The translations under genes were made by a program, and so were the position numbers. A stretch of DNA of 64,000 bases, from assembly GCA_016197285.1 (NCBI GenBank), contig JACPWD010000019.1:37992-101991 (forward strand). The letters are read 5' to 3'. The notes beneath the pieces were generated by a model. It worked only from the letters and a program-made list of their open reading frames with translations, had not been told where the DNA came from and made no database searches. Positions 31,025-39,962 of the stretch are shown here, piece after piece (the first letter of the stretch is position 1; each line of letters opens with the position of its first letter). The stretch comes from Deltaproteobacteria bacterium (GTDB taxonomy: Bacteria > Desulfobacterota > Binatia > Bin18).

Positions 31025-31483
31025 TTATTGCGCGGCGGATTGCGGCAGCCGTGCGACCAGCACCGGGCAGGAAGCATGACGGATAACGCGTTCGGCCACG
31101 CTCCCCAAGAACACATGCGCCAGTCCTGTTCGCCCATGCGAGCCCATCACGATCAGATCCGCATGAGCCTGCTCGGCGGCGGCACAAATCTCTCGCACCG
31201 CCTCTCCCATGACGACCTTCGTTTCGACGACCACTGGACTTGTTCCCTTCTTCGCGGCGGCGGCGTTGAGCTGTTTTTCTGCCTCGGCGAGTCCTTCTTG
31301 CTCCATGCGTGCCAGATCGACGACATACATGCTCTCGGGGTAGACGAGCGAGGACAGCATGGGCGCGGCGTGGAACAGGATGATTTTCGCATTCCAGCGC
31401 GACGCCAGCTCCAGCGCCCAGGTGAAGGCATACGCGGCGTGCTCGGAAAAATCGCTTGGCACTACAATCGTGGAAATGTTCAT
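31025..31483 (-). CDS. Universal stress protein
   Basis: IVVPSDFS, DLIVMGSHGRTG, LGSVAERVIRHASCPVL; AGGAGG RBS. Confidence 0.94.
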   Translation of the reverse strand: MNISTIVVPSDFSEHAAYAFTWALELASRWNAKIILFHAAPMLSSLVYPESMYVVDLARMEQEGLAEAEKQLNAAAAKKGTSPVVVETKVVMGEAVREICAAAEQAHADLIVMGSHGRTGLAHVFLGSVAERVIRHASCPVLVARLPQSAAQ

Positions 31484-31508
31484 AGGGAATCCTCCTGACG
31501 GTTGAGTC

Positions 31509-31524
31509 AGCAAAGCGGGTGCCA
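31509..31524 (-). promoter_or_regulatory. sigma54 promoter of usp
   Basis: TGGCACCCGCTTTGCT, near-consensus. Confidence 0.85.
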
Positions 31525-31698
31525 GCAGATCCGCCTCTTGTCCCCGTTTGGGTTGCCAAAGTTGCGAATCGCGGGGCTGGCTCTTCTCGTTTATGGGAAA
31601 TCTCCGTACACTCTTGTTTCTCTCGGGCTTTTTCTGCGGGTGTGGTTCTTGCTCGCTTCATGTGGAGATTTTCGAGTACTAGGGTATGTGGGGGAAGA

Positions 31699-32577
31699 AT
31701 GGCTGTTCCTGTGTCGCTTATGTCGTTGGATGCATTACTGCCCGCCGAGATCGCGAAACGCGCCGAGGAGGTTGGAGTCCAGAAGTGCAGTTTGCCGTTC
31801 TGGCCGCTTCTGACGTTGGCGGTCTTGGCTGGGGCATTCATTGCGCTTGGTGCGGCTTTCTCCACCACCGTCAGCGCCGGCACGGCTGGTGTGTTGCCAT
31901 TTGGTGTCACCCGTTTACTGGCTGGCGTGGTCTTTTGCCTTGGTCTCATTCTGGTGATTCTTGGCGGAGCCGAGCTGTTCACCGGCAATGCGTTGATCAG
32001 CCTGGCGTGGGCAAGCGGTCGGGTGACTTTTCGTCAGCTCCTCCGCAACTGGGGCATTGTCTATCTGGGGAACCTGCTGGGCGCGCTAGCGACCGCCCTG
32101 CTGATGTATGCCTCTGCCCAGTACACCTTTGGCAATGGCGCGGTTGGTCTCGTTGCCTTGGAGACTGCGCGGGCAAAAACGTCGCTGGGGTTTCTGCAAG
32201 CGGTCAGCCTCGGCGTCTTCTGCAACGCGCTGGTGTGCCTGGCCGTGTGGCTTTGTCTAGGGGCGCACAGCACGACAGATAAAATCCTGGCGCTTCTTTT
32301 TCCTATCAGCGCATTCGTGACCGTCGGATTCGAGCACAGCGTCGCCAACATGTATTTCATCCCTCTTGGGCTGTTCGTCAAAACCGACACCGCGTTTCTC
32401 GCCCTCATAGAGAAGAGTGCGCTGGACTACTCCACCCTCACGTGGACAGCGTTCGTGTGGACGAATCTGCTTCCGGTTTCCGTGGGTAATGTGATTGGCG
32501 GCGTCGGGCTGGTAGGGCTGGTGTATTGGTTCGTGTATCTCCAGCCGGAGGAAGCGCACAAGTCTACGACTCTTTGA
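31699..32577 (+). CDS. focA: Formate/nitrite transporter (FocA-like)
   Basis: LAVLAGAFIALG, GAELFTGN, CNALVCLAVW, GFEHSVANM, GNVIGG. Confidence 0.9.
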   Translation: MAVPVSLMSLDALLPAEIAKRAEEVGVQKCSLPFWPLLTLAVLAGAFIALGAAFSTTVSAGTAGVLPFGVTRLLAGVVFCLGLILVILGGAELFTGNALISLAWASGRVTFRQLLRNWGIVYLGNLLGALATALLMYASAQYTFGNGAVGLVALETARAKTSLGFLQAVSLGVFCNALVCLAVWLCLGAHSTTDKILALLFPISAFVTVGFEHSVANMYFIPLGLFVKTDTAFLALIEKSALDYSTLTWTAFVWTNLLPVSVGNVIGGVGLVGLVYWFVYLQPEEAHKSTTL

Positions 32578-32938
32578 CCGTGTTAGGTCCCGCCTGGCGA
32601 AAGAACGTGACCAAAATCGCCAGCTCGGGTTCGGCTTGCACGTTATGAATGACATGAGCGTCTACCGGCACGATGACCCCGGGCGTGAGGGGATACTCGC
32701 GCCCGGCGACTCGCAGGAGGCCGCTCCCGAGGAGGGCATGAATGGTGATGGGAAATTTCGCGGAATGATCGGCCAAGAGTGCGCTCGCGCGCAGACGAAT
32801 GACCACCAGTTTGCGCCATGTATCTTCCCAGACGGTTTCGACTTCGCGCGCTTTGCCGTCGCCGATCACTTGGGGAAGGACAATCGCTGCAACCACGTCG
32901 TTACTCCCTTCGCTCGATCTTCCTTCCCGTGCCCTCAT
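32564..32938 (-). CDS. Cupin domain protein
   Basis: ADHSAKFPITI, G...P......H.V.A cupin motifs. Confidence 0.8.
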   Translation of the reverse strand: MRAREGRSSEGSNDVVAAIVLPQVIGDGKAREVETVWEDTWRKLVVIRLRASALLADHSAKFPITIHALLGSGLLRVAGREYPLTPGVIVPVDAHVIHNVQAEPELAILVTFFRQAGPNTVKES

Positions 32939-33406
32939 TTACTTCTGCACCTCAATCTGAACCTTTTTACTTTCGGCCGGTTGCGGTGCGGGCATGGTAA
33001 TCTCCAGCACGCCATTCTTGTAGTTGGCTTTCACCTTATCGCCGTCCATGCCTTCCGGCAGGGTGATGGTGCGAGAAAATTTGCCGTACTCCACCTCTCG
33101 GTAGACGTAGTTTTTCTCTTCTTTCTTCTCTTCCCGCTTGCGTTCTCCCTCGACGGTTAAGCGATTGCCGGAAATCGAGATCGATATATCCTTCGGGTCG
33201 ACGCCCGGCAAGTCCGCTTTGACGATGAGATTGCCATTCTCTGTGCGGCTCTCGATCGCCGGCGACCAGAGTTCACCGCCCCAGAGAGAACGGTCTTCTT
33301 CCCGATGCCCAAAGAAACGCCCGGAGAGACGGTCGAACATTTCCTCCATGTTCCGTTGCAACTTTTCCAGCTCTTGTCGTGGTTTCCACGGTGTGAGTGC
33401 TCCCAT
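32939..33406 (-). CDS. Hsp20/alpha-crystallin small heat-shock protein
   Basis: ADLPGV, GERK, YGKFSRTITLP, ANYKNGVLEITMP. Confidence 0.95.
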   Translation of the reverse strand: MGALTPWKPRQELEKLQRNMEEMFDRLSGRFFGHREEDRSLWGGELWSPAIESRTENGNLIVKADLPGVDPKDISISISGNRLTVEGERKREEKKEEKNYVYREVEYGKFSRTITLPEGMDGDKVKANYKNGVLEITMPAPQPAESKKVQIEVQK

Positions 33407-33441
33407 AACGTACCTCCTTACGGTTTTTTCAAGAGGAACTC

Positions 33442-33457
33442 AGCAAGACACTTGCCA
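33442..33457 (-). promoter_or_regulatory. sigma54 promoter of hsp20-cupin
   Basis: TGGCAAGTGTCTTGCT, GG-N10-GC. Confidence 0.8.
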
Positions 33458-33617
33458 AGAGAAGCCGTCCCGAACTCTGCGGATTTTTCTGGAAATTTAC
33501 AGTTATGGACAGGCGACGTTTTTCATCCTTGCGATTTTCGCTCGTTTGCCTTCTCATGTTTGCAAACCCCTGTGGTTTTTCGGCGGTAGTGGTCCATCAC
33601 AAACGCGACCTGCCCTC

Positions 33618-33633
33618 TGGCCCCGTCTTTGCG
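33618..33633 (+). promoter_or_regulatory. sigma54 promoter of the ArcE-like/arcC operon
   Basis: TGGCCCCGTCTTTGCG, GG-N10-GC. Confidence 0.65.
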
Positions 33634-33702
33634 GATGACGAAAGAGGGAGAGAAAGCGTCGTACACCTGCCAAAGCAGAGACACGGACAAGAGGGGAAGC
33701 CT

Positions 33703-35034
33703 ATGACAATCGAACGCGTGCTTATCATGGGAGCAGCCGGAAGAGATTTTCACGTCTTTAACACGTACTTTCGTGACAACCCAGCGTATGAAGTCGTAGG
33801 TTTCACGGCAGCGCAGATTCCTGGGATTGCCGACCGGTCCTATCCTGCAGAGCTGAGTGGCGTTCGTTATCCACGCGGGCTTCCTATCTATCCTGAAGGA
33901 CAGATGGAGACCTTGCTGCGCTGTGAGCGCATTGACCAGGTCGTGTTCGCCTATAGCGATGTTGCGCACCTGACCGTCATGCACATGGCTTCTCGGGCAT
34001 TAGCCTGTGGCGCGGATTTTCGCCTGCTTGGCCCGGAGCACACCATGCTCTCCTCGTCGAAGCCGGTCGTGTCGGTTTGCGCCGTGCGTACTGGGTGTGG
34101 AAAGGGCATGGTGGTGCGTCGCCTAGTCTCACTGCTCCAAGCGCGTGGCCTGCGTCCTGTGGTGGTCCGGCATCCTATGCCCTACGGCGACCTTGCCCAA
34201 CAGGCAGTTCAACGTTTCGCCAGCCTGGCCGATTGCGATCGACAAGAATGCACGATCGAAGAACGTGAAGAATATGAACAGCATATTCGCGCTGGTGTCA
34301 TCGTGTATGCCGGAGCCGATTACGAACGCATTCTGCGTGCGGCGGAAAACGAGGCCGACATTATTCTTTGGGACGGTGGGAATAATGACTGGCCGTTCTT
34401 CCGTTCGGATATGGAAATTGTGGTGCTCGATCCACACCGCGCCGGGCATGAGCTACTCTACCACCCGGGGGAAACCAATCTGCGTCGTGCTCAGGTGCTG
34501 CTGCTCAATAAGCTGGACTCGGCACCCCCTGCCGGAGTATCTCGCGTCCTGGAGAATATCGCCCGCTTCAACCCCACGGCTACGGTGATTCAGGCGCGGT
34601 CAGCAGTTTCCGCAGAGCAACCGGAATCGATTCGTGGCAAGCGGGTGTTGGTAATCGAAGATGGGCCTACGCTCACCCATGGAGAAATGAGTCACGGAGC
34701 TGGGGTCATCGCCGCGCAGCGCTACGGTGCCGCTGCAATTATCGACCCTCGCCCTTACGCACGGGGTAGCCTTATTGAGACATTTACTCGTTGTCCGTGG
34801 ATTGGTCATGCCTTGCCGGCAATGGGCTATTCCTCTGCCCAGCTCACTGACCTTGCGGCAACCATCGCCGCAACTCCTTGTGACTTCATTTTGATCGCGA
34901 CACCGGTCGATTTAGTTCGTCTTATTTCTTTTGCGCGGCCCTCGTGCCGCGTGGGGTATGAATTAGAGGAAATCGGGCACCCGGACCTTGCTCAGGTCAT
35001 GACGCGGTTTCTTGACGAGCAGGTGCAGTCATGA
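33703..35034 (+). CDS. COG2403 P-loop enzyme (cDPG synthetase-like; probable arginine synthetase ArcE)
   Basis: IMGAAGRDFH, AVRTGCGK, RHPMPYG, CTIEEREEYE, WDGGNND, EDGPTLTHG; coupled to carbamate kinase. Confidence 0.8.
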   Translation: MTIERVLIMGAAGRDFHVFNTYFRDNPAYEVVGFTAAQIPGIADRSYPAELSGVRYPRGLPIYPEGQMETLLRCERIDQVVFAYSDVAHLTVMHMASRALACGADFRLLGPEHTMLSSSKPVVSVCAVRTGCGKGMVVRRLVSLLQARGLRPVVVRHPMPYGDLAQQAVQRFASLADCDRQECTIEEREEYEQHIRAGVIVYAGADYERILRAAENEADIILWDGGNNDWPFFRSDMEIVVLDPHRAGHELLYHPGETNLRRAQVLLLNKLDSAPPAGVSRVLENIARFNPTATVIQARSAVSAEQPESIRGKRVLVIEDGPTLTHGEMSHGAGVIAAQRYGAAAIIDPRPYARGSLIETFTRCPWIGHALPAMGYSSAQLTDLAATIAATPCDFILIATPVDLVRLISFARPSCRVGYELEEIGHPDLAQVMTRFLDEQVQS

Positions 35035-35975
35035 CTCTCTCGAAGGAGCGGATCGTTATTGCTCTGGGAGGAAACGCCTTGCTGCGTAAAGGCGACCGCG
35101 GCACGGCGGCTGAACAGGCCGAGCGAAGTCTGGCCGCGATGAGTGCGATCGCTCTATTGTTGGTTCCAGAGCGGCAGGTGGTGATTACTCACGGTAATGG
35201 ACCGGTGGTGGGAAATATTCTTCTGCGTCAGCAGCGCGCGCGCGCAAGTGTGCCGCCTATGCCGTTAGACGTTTGCGGTGCCGAGTCGCAAGGAAGCATC
35301 GGCTACATGCTTGAACGCGCGCTCAGGCAAGTATTGTTGCAGCAGGGACGGCCGTGTTCGGTGGCGACACTTTTCACCCTGGTCGAGGTTGATCCTCAGG
35401 ACCCAGCGTTTACGCATCCGACGAAACCTATCGGACCATTTCTTTCCGAGGAAGAAGCGCGTGAGCTTGGCCGTTCTGCTGCTGTGGCGCGGGATGCCGA
35501 CCGGGGCTGGCGCCGTGTGGTGGCTTCCCCTGCGCCACAACATATTCTCGAAAGCACAGCAATCAATGCGCTGCTCGGAGCGGGGATTGTGGTGATTGCC
35601 TTGGGCGGTGGCGGCGTTCCGGTGATATGCGATGCCGAACAGCTGCTCAGCGGTGCCGAAGCCGTGGTGGACAAGGATTTTTCTTCGAGTCTTCTTGCCC
35701 GAGAAATCGCTGCCGACAGTCTCGCGATGCTGACGGATATCGACCACGTCTATCTCGATTTCCTCAGCCCACAGCAACGAGCAATCCGGCGGATGACGGC
35801 GGATGAAGCCTGGAGGCATCTCCAACAAGGAGAGTTTTTGCCGGGCAGCATGGCTCCGAAGATCGAAGCCGGTATCGACTTTTTACGTGGTGGCGGTCGT
35901 CGAGTGTTGATTGGCCTTCCTGAAGAACTGCACCTTTTGCTTCAGGGGGAAGCGGGAACCTTGATGACGCCATAA
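35031..35975 (+). CDS. arcC: Carbamate kinase
   Basis: ALGGNALL, THGNGP.VG, PTKPIGPF, WRRVVASP, GGGGVPV, AVVDKD, GSMAPKIEA. Confidence 0.95.
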   Translation: MTLSKERIVIALGGNALLRKGDRGTAAEQAERSLAAMSAIALLLVPERQVVITHGNGPVVGNILLRQQRARASVPPMPLDVCGAESQGSIGYMLERALRQVLLQQGRPCSVATLFTLVEVDPQDPAFTHPTKPIGPFLSEEEARELGRSAAVARDADRGWRRVVASPAPQHILESTAINALLGAGIVVIALGGGGVPVICDAEQLLSGAEAVVDKDFSSSLLAREIAADSLAMLTDIDHVYLDFLSPQQRAIRRMTADEAWRHLQQGEFLPGSMAPKIEAGIDFLRGGGRRVLIGLPEELHLLLQGEAGTLMTP

Positions 35976-36058
35976 GCGCCTATCCGAATAACTTTCAGGC
36001 CTGTGGTACCGCCGTGCATTGCCAATCCCCTGCTCAGCTACTCCTTCCTGCCAAGACT

Positions 36059-37165
36059 CTACTTCGCGCATGGCAGCACGACCTGGAACGTCGTCCCATG
36101 CCCCGGCTCGCTGGTGTAGCTCAACGTCCCCCCATGCGCGTGGACAAGCTGCTGTGCGACTGACAGTCCCAAGCCCGTTCCCTGCGCTTTGGTCGTGACG
36201 AACGGCTCGAACACGTTCACCCCAGCGGGAATGCCGACGCCGGTATCCGTGACCTCGATACTCACCTGTACTCCGTCGCAGCGCGCGCTGACAGTCAGGA
36301 CGCCACCCGCAGGCATCGCTTCCACCGCATTCTTGCACAGATTGAGCAGCACTTGTTTGAGCTTCTCGCCGTCGCCGAGCACGAGCGGGACTTGCGGTTC
36401 CGGCTCGTGTTGCACGGTCACGCCGCGCGCGGCGTAGTGTGACGCTTCCTGGGCCACGATCTCCTGGAGGAGACCGAGCACGTCGAGCGGTTGCCGGTTG
36501 ACGGCTTGCCGCCGCGACAATCCGCGAAACTCGTCGAGGAGATTGGAGAGATGGGTAATCTGGCTTTGCAATCCGCGTACGGATGCGTGGATTTTTTCGT
36601 CGAGGAGGTCGCGATGTTTGGTCAGCCGCCGCTCCAAGAGTTGCATGGCGATGGCCATGCTGTTGAGCGGGTTGCCGATCTCGTGGGCAAGTTTGGCCGC
36701 TGTCATGCCGATGGCCGCCATGCGCTCCCGGTCCACCAGGCGTTCTTGCAGGCGGACTTTCTCCGAAATGTCGCGAATGAAGGCGGCATAGCACACTTCG
36801 TTGTCGGTTCCGATTTCGGTGACGGATAGCTCCATGGGAAAGGACTCGCCGCTCTTCCGCCGTGCCGTGACGGTGCGGATACGACCGATGGCGTGCGGTT
36901 CGTGCGTCTGTTCGTAGCGGGCAATGTAGTCGTCATGTTCCGTCGCGTACGGTACGGGCATGAGCAGGTTGACTTTCTTACCTTGCACTTCGGCTTTGCT
37001 ATAGCCGAATATGCGTTCCGCCGCCGGGTTGAAGTGCACGATCTGTCCGTGGTGATCGATCGACACCACGGCATCTTGCGTGGCGTCGAGTAGGGCATCC
37101 GTCCAGTCTGCCGCGTGCTTTCGCGGGGCGCGGATGGGTTGCGGTCGGGGTTTCCGTTGAGCCAT
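36059..37165 (-). CDS. FixL-like heme-PAS histidine kinase
   Basis: LMPVPYATEHDDYIARY...IG..R.V.ARRK.G..FPMELSV (FixL PAS with proximal His), AHEIGNPLN, PFVTTKAQGTGLGL. Confidence 0.88.
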   Translation of the reverse strand: MAQRKPRPQPIRAPRKHAADWTDALLDATQDAVVSIDHHGQIVHFNPAAERIFGYSKAEVQGKKVNLLMPVPYATEHDDYIARYEQTHEPHAIGRIRTVTARRKSGESFPMELSVTEIGTDNEVCYAAFIRDISEKVRLQERLVDRERMAAIGMTAAKLAHEIGNPLNSMAIAMQLLERRLTKHRDLLDEKIHASVRGLQSQITHLSNLLDEFRGLSRRQAVNRQPLDVLGLLQEIVAQEASHYAARGVTVQHEPEPQVPLVLGDGEKLKQVLLNLCKNAVEAMPAGGVLTVSARCDGVQVSIEVTDTGVGIPAGVNVFEPFVTTKAQGTGLGLSVAQQLVHAHGGTLSYTSEPGHGTTFQVVLPCAK

Positions 37166-37208
37166 GAGTGAGGTCTCATGAACGGCAGAAGGTCGGAGGA
37201 CTTGCCTC

Positions 37209-37574
37209 TTATCCTAAGACCTCTTGCACTGCGGCTAGCAGCTCTTTACGGGCAAAGGGCTTGGCCAGGGTGCGTGCGGCCCCAAATTCCTGCGCGACGG
37301 AGAGCAAATCGAGCTTGTTCATGTGCCCTCCGCCCGAGATGGCGATAATCTTGACTTTGGGCACGCACTTGCGCAACGCCAAAATCGTTTCGATGCCCTC
37401 TTTGCCCGGCATGACGATGTCCGTGATGATGAGGTCTACAGGATGCTTTCGATGGAGTTGGAGCCCTTCCGCTCCCTCCGGTGCCTCGACAACCTCATAC
37501 CCCGCCTTCTCTAGCATTTGTCGTAGCACGTCGCGCACCTGGGCCTCGTCGTCGATCACTAAAATGCGCACCAT
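37209..37574 (-). CDS. Single-domain response regulator
   Basis: ILVIDDE, TDIVMP, AISGG, KPF. Confidence 0.93.
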   Translation of the reverse strand: MVRILVIDDEAQVRDVLRQMLEKAGYEVVEAPEGAEGLQLHRKHPVDLIITDIVMPGKEGIETILALRKCVPKVKIIAISGGGHMNKLDLLSVAQEFGAARTLAKPFARKELLAAVQEVLG

Positions 37575-39934
37575 TACACAACCTCCTTGATCGCTCTTAA
37601 GATCGCGGTTTCGCGAGGGTCGGCTGTTGGCTTCAGAGGAAAATCCACGTAAAACGTGGTGCCGCAGTTTAGCTGGCTGTCTACCGTCACCGTTCCGCCA
37701 TGAGCGGTGACGACAGCATGGACGATCGCTAATCCTAAGCCGGTGCCTTCGCCTATCGGTTTGGTGGTGAAAAACGGGTCGAAAATTCGAGGAAGTATCT
37801 CTGGCTCGATCCCACGACCGGTGTCGCGAACGGAAAGCCTCAGGCTCGGGCCGGAAGACCTTGCGCTCGCCATGTGGCTGCCTGCGTTCTCTCCTTCGAT
37901 TCGTCGAAGTTCGACGGTCAGGGGGCCTGGCCTTTTGCCCATAGCCTGCGCGCCATTCATACCGAGGTTCAGGACCATCTGCTGTATTTGAGCTGGGTCC
38001 GCGAGAATAGTCTCGGTGGGGCAGGCGAGGTCCTGCTGCAACGTGACGGTTTTCGGCAGCGACGCATGAAGCAAGCTGAGGGTTTCTTCCACAATGGACT
38101 GGAGGCGTATCCATCGTTTTCCCCCTTGACTCGGACGACTAAAAGTCAAGAGCTGTTGCACCAAGTCTTGCGCACGTCGTCCGGCGTGGATGATTTCTAT
38201 CAGATTCCGATGCGCCGTACTTTTTTCGGGGAGGTCGTCTTCAATGAGTTCGCTGTAGCCCAACATTGCCGTGAGGATGTTGTTAAACCCATGCGCGACC
38301 CCGCCGGCCAGGAGGCCAAGGGCCTCCATCTTCTGTGCCTGAATGAGCTGTGCCTCCCAGTGGCGTCGTTCCTCTTCCACCTGTTTGCGCCCGGTTAAGT
38401 CGGAAATGATTAAGATGGCACCGATCATGGTGCTGTCGCGCCAGCGAGGAGAACTCGTAATCAGAACGGAAAGATAGTGACCATCCACATGCAGAACGCG
38501 GGTTTCATATGTTGATATCTCGCCCCGATGCCGCCGTGAGAATTCCTGTCTGATGAGCGCTTGGTCTTCCGGCGCTCCGAAGCTGAAGGACGACTTGCCG
38601 ATGACCTCTTCCGATCGATAGCCGAAGATTCGAGTCACAGCGGGGTTAATGTACTCGATGACACTCTCCGCATTGGTGACCACCAAGCCTTGTCCCATAG
38701 CGGTCATGACTTGGAGGGCGAAATCGCGCCCGGCCTGAAGCAGAGCTTCTGCCTGTTTGCGCTCGCTGATGTCGGTCATGACCCCGCAGAGGGTTGTGAC
38801 CCGTCCATTTTCCACGATCACATTGATTCGATCGTGCAGCCAGATGACGCGCCCATCGGACGTGAGCATGCGATAGTCGCAGCGATGACTGCGCTGTTGC
38901 TCGACTTCAGCACGGCAGAAACTCACTGTCCTCTCTCGATCCTCGGGGTGGATATGGTTACTCCAGAAGTCAGGTTCTGAAAGCCATTGCTCCACCGGAT
39001 AGCCCAGGAGCTGTTCCGCTTGGGGACTGACGAAGGTGAATTGAAAGGTGACGGCATCGGCTTCCCACACGATGCCGTCGATGGAATGGACGAGCGTTCG
39101 ATAGCGCTGCTGCGATTGTTGCACTGCTTCTTGCGCCGCCTTGCGTTCGCCGATGTCACGGACGATGCCCCAGAGCGCTTGTTTCTCTCCGTGAGCGTCC
39201 TTCATCATCCAGAGTTTCATGGCGACGGGCAGAAGAGTGCCGTCTTTTCTAATGAACTCTTTTTCGTATTCGTCGGAATAGCCACGCGGAAGCACTTGCG
39301 TGGCCACTATCTCGTCTTCAACGGCATGCCAACGCTCGGGGGTCAAGTCGTTGCAATGCCGTCCCTTGAGTTCTTGGAGAGAGTACCCCACCAGGTTTGC
39401 AAACGTTTGGTTACACTCGACGATACGATCGTCTTCTCCAGAACGTACGATTCCGTCAGCAATCGATTCGTACAGTCCGCGATATTTCTTTTCCGACTCC
39501 TGGAGCGCTGCTTCCGCCGCTTTCCGTTCGCTAATGTCGCGGTAGATCCCCTGGAAACCGATAAGGGTTCCGTCTTGTGCCTTGATGAAACGGGTGCGAC
39601 CTTCGACCCATATCGTGCTGCCATCCTTACGGAGGAACTCATGCTCGAAAGTTGAGGGAATCTTCTCTCCGTTGCGCAATTGCTGTTCCCGCTTCTGGGC
39701 CGAGGCAATGCCGGCAGGGGTAAGAACGGTGTGATCGCTTTTCCCAATCAGCTCCTTGCGGGACCAGCCGAGCAAGCGTTCCATCGAGCGATTGAGATGC
39801 ACGATAGTGTGGTCGAGCTTCACGATGGCAAGACCATCGTTGGCATTTTCAAAGAGGTTGCGATAGAAGTCGTCCCGCTCCATGCCCATCTCCGCGAGGA
39901 TCGAAGGTTGGCCGTTTTTTCGTTCGTCTTTCAT
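37574..39934 (-). CDS. Multi-PAS histidine kinase
   Basis: Four PAS/PAC repeats, [40 protein letters not shown]. Confidence 0.92.
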   Translation of the reverse strand: MKDERKNGQPSILAEMGMERDDFYRNLFENANDGLAIVKLDHTIVHLNRSMERLLGWSRKELIGKSDHTVLTPAGIASAQKREQQLRNGEKIPSTFEHEFLRKDGSTIWVEGRTRFIKAQDGTLIGFQGIYRDISERKAAEAALQESEKKYRGLYESIADGIVRSGEDDRIVECNQTFANLVGYSLQELKGRHCNDLTPERWHAVEDEIVATQVLPRGYSDEYEKEFIRKDGTLLPVAMKLWMMKDAHGEKQALWGIVRDIGERKAAQEAVQQSQQRYRTLVHSIDGIVWEADAVTFQFTFVSPQAEQLLGYPVEQWLSEPDFWSNHIHPEDRERTVSFCRAEVEQQRSHRCDYRMLTSDGRVIWLHDRINVIVENGRVTTLCGVMTDISERKQAEALLQAGRDFALQVMTAMGQGLVVTNAESVIEYINPAVTRIFGYRSEEVIGKSSFSFGAPEDQALIRQEFSRRHRGEISTYETRVLHVDGHYLSVLITSSPRWRDSTMIGAILIISDLTGRKQVEEERRHWEAQLIQAQKMEALGLLAGGVAHGFNNILTAMLGYSELIEDDLPEKSTAHRNLIEIIHAGRRAQDLVQQLLTFSRPSQGGKRWIRLQSIVEETLSLLHASLPKTVTLQQDLACPTETILADPAQIQQMVLNLGMNGAQAMGKRPGPLTVELRRIEGENAGSHMASARSSGPSLRLSVRDTGRGIEPEILPRIFDPFFTTKPIGEGTGLGLAIVHAVVTAHGGTVTVDSQLNCGTTFYVDFPLKPTADPRETAILRAIKEVV

Positions 39935-39962
39935 TCTGCTCCCTCTTTGCCGAGCCCGCCGT

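Noticed and set aside
33703..35034. Annotation as cyclic 2,3-diphosphoglycerate synthetase
   Set aside because: No 2-phosphoglycerate kinase nearby; coupling to carbamate kinase favours an ArcE-like role
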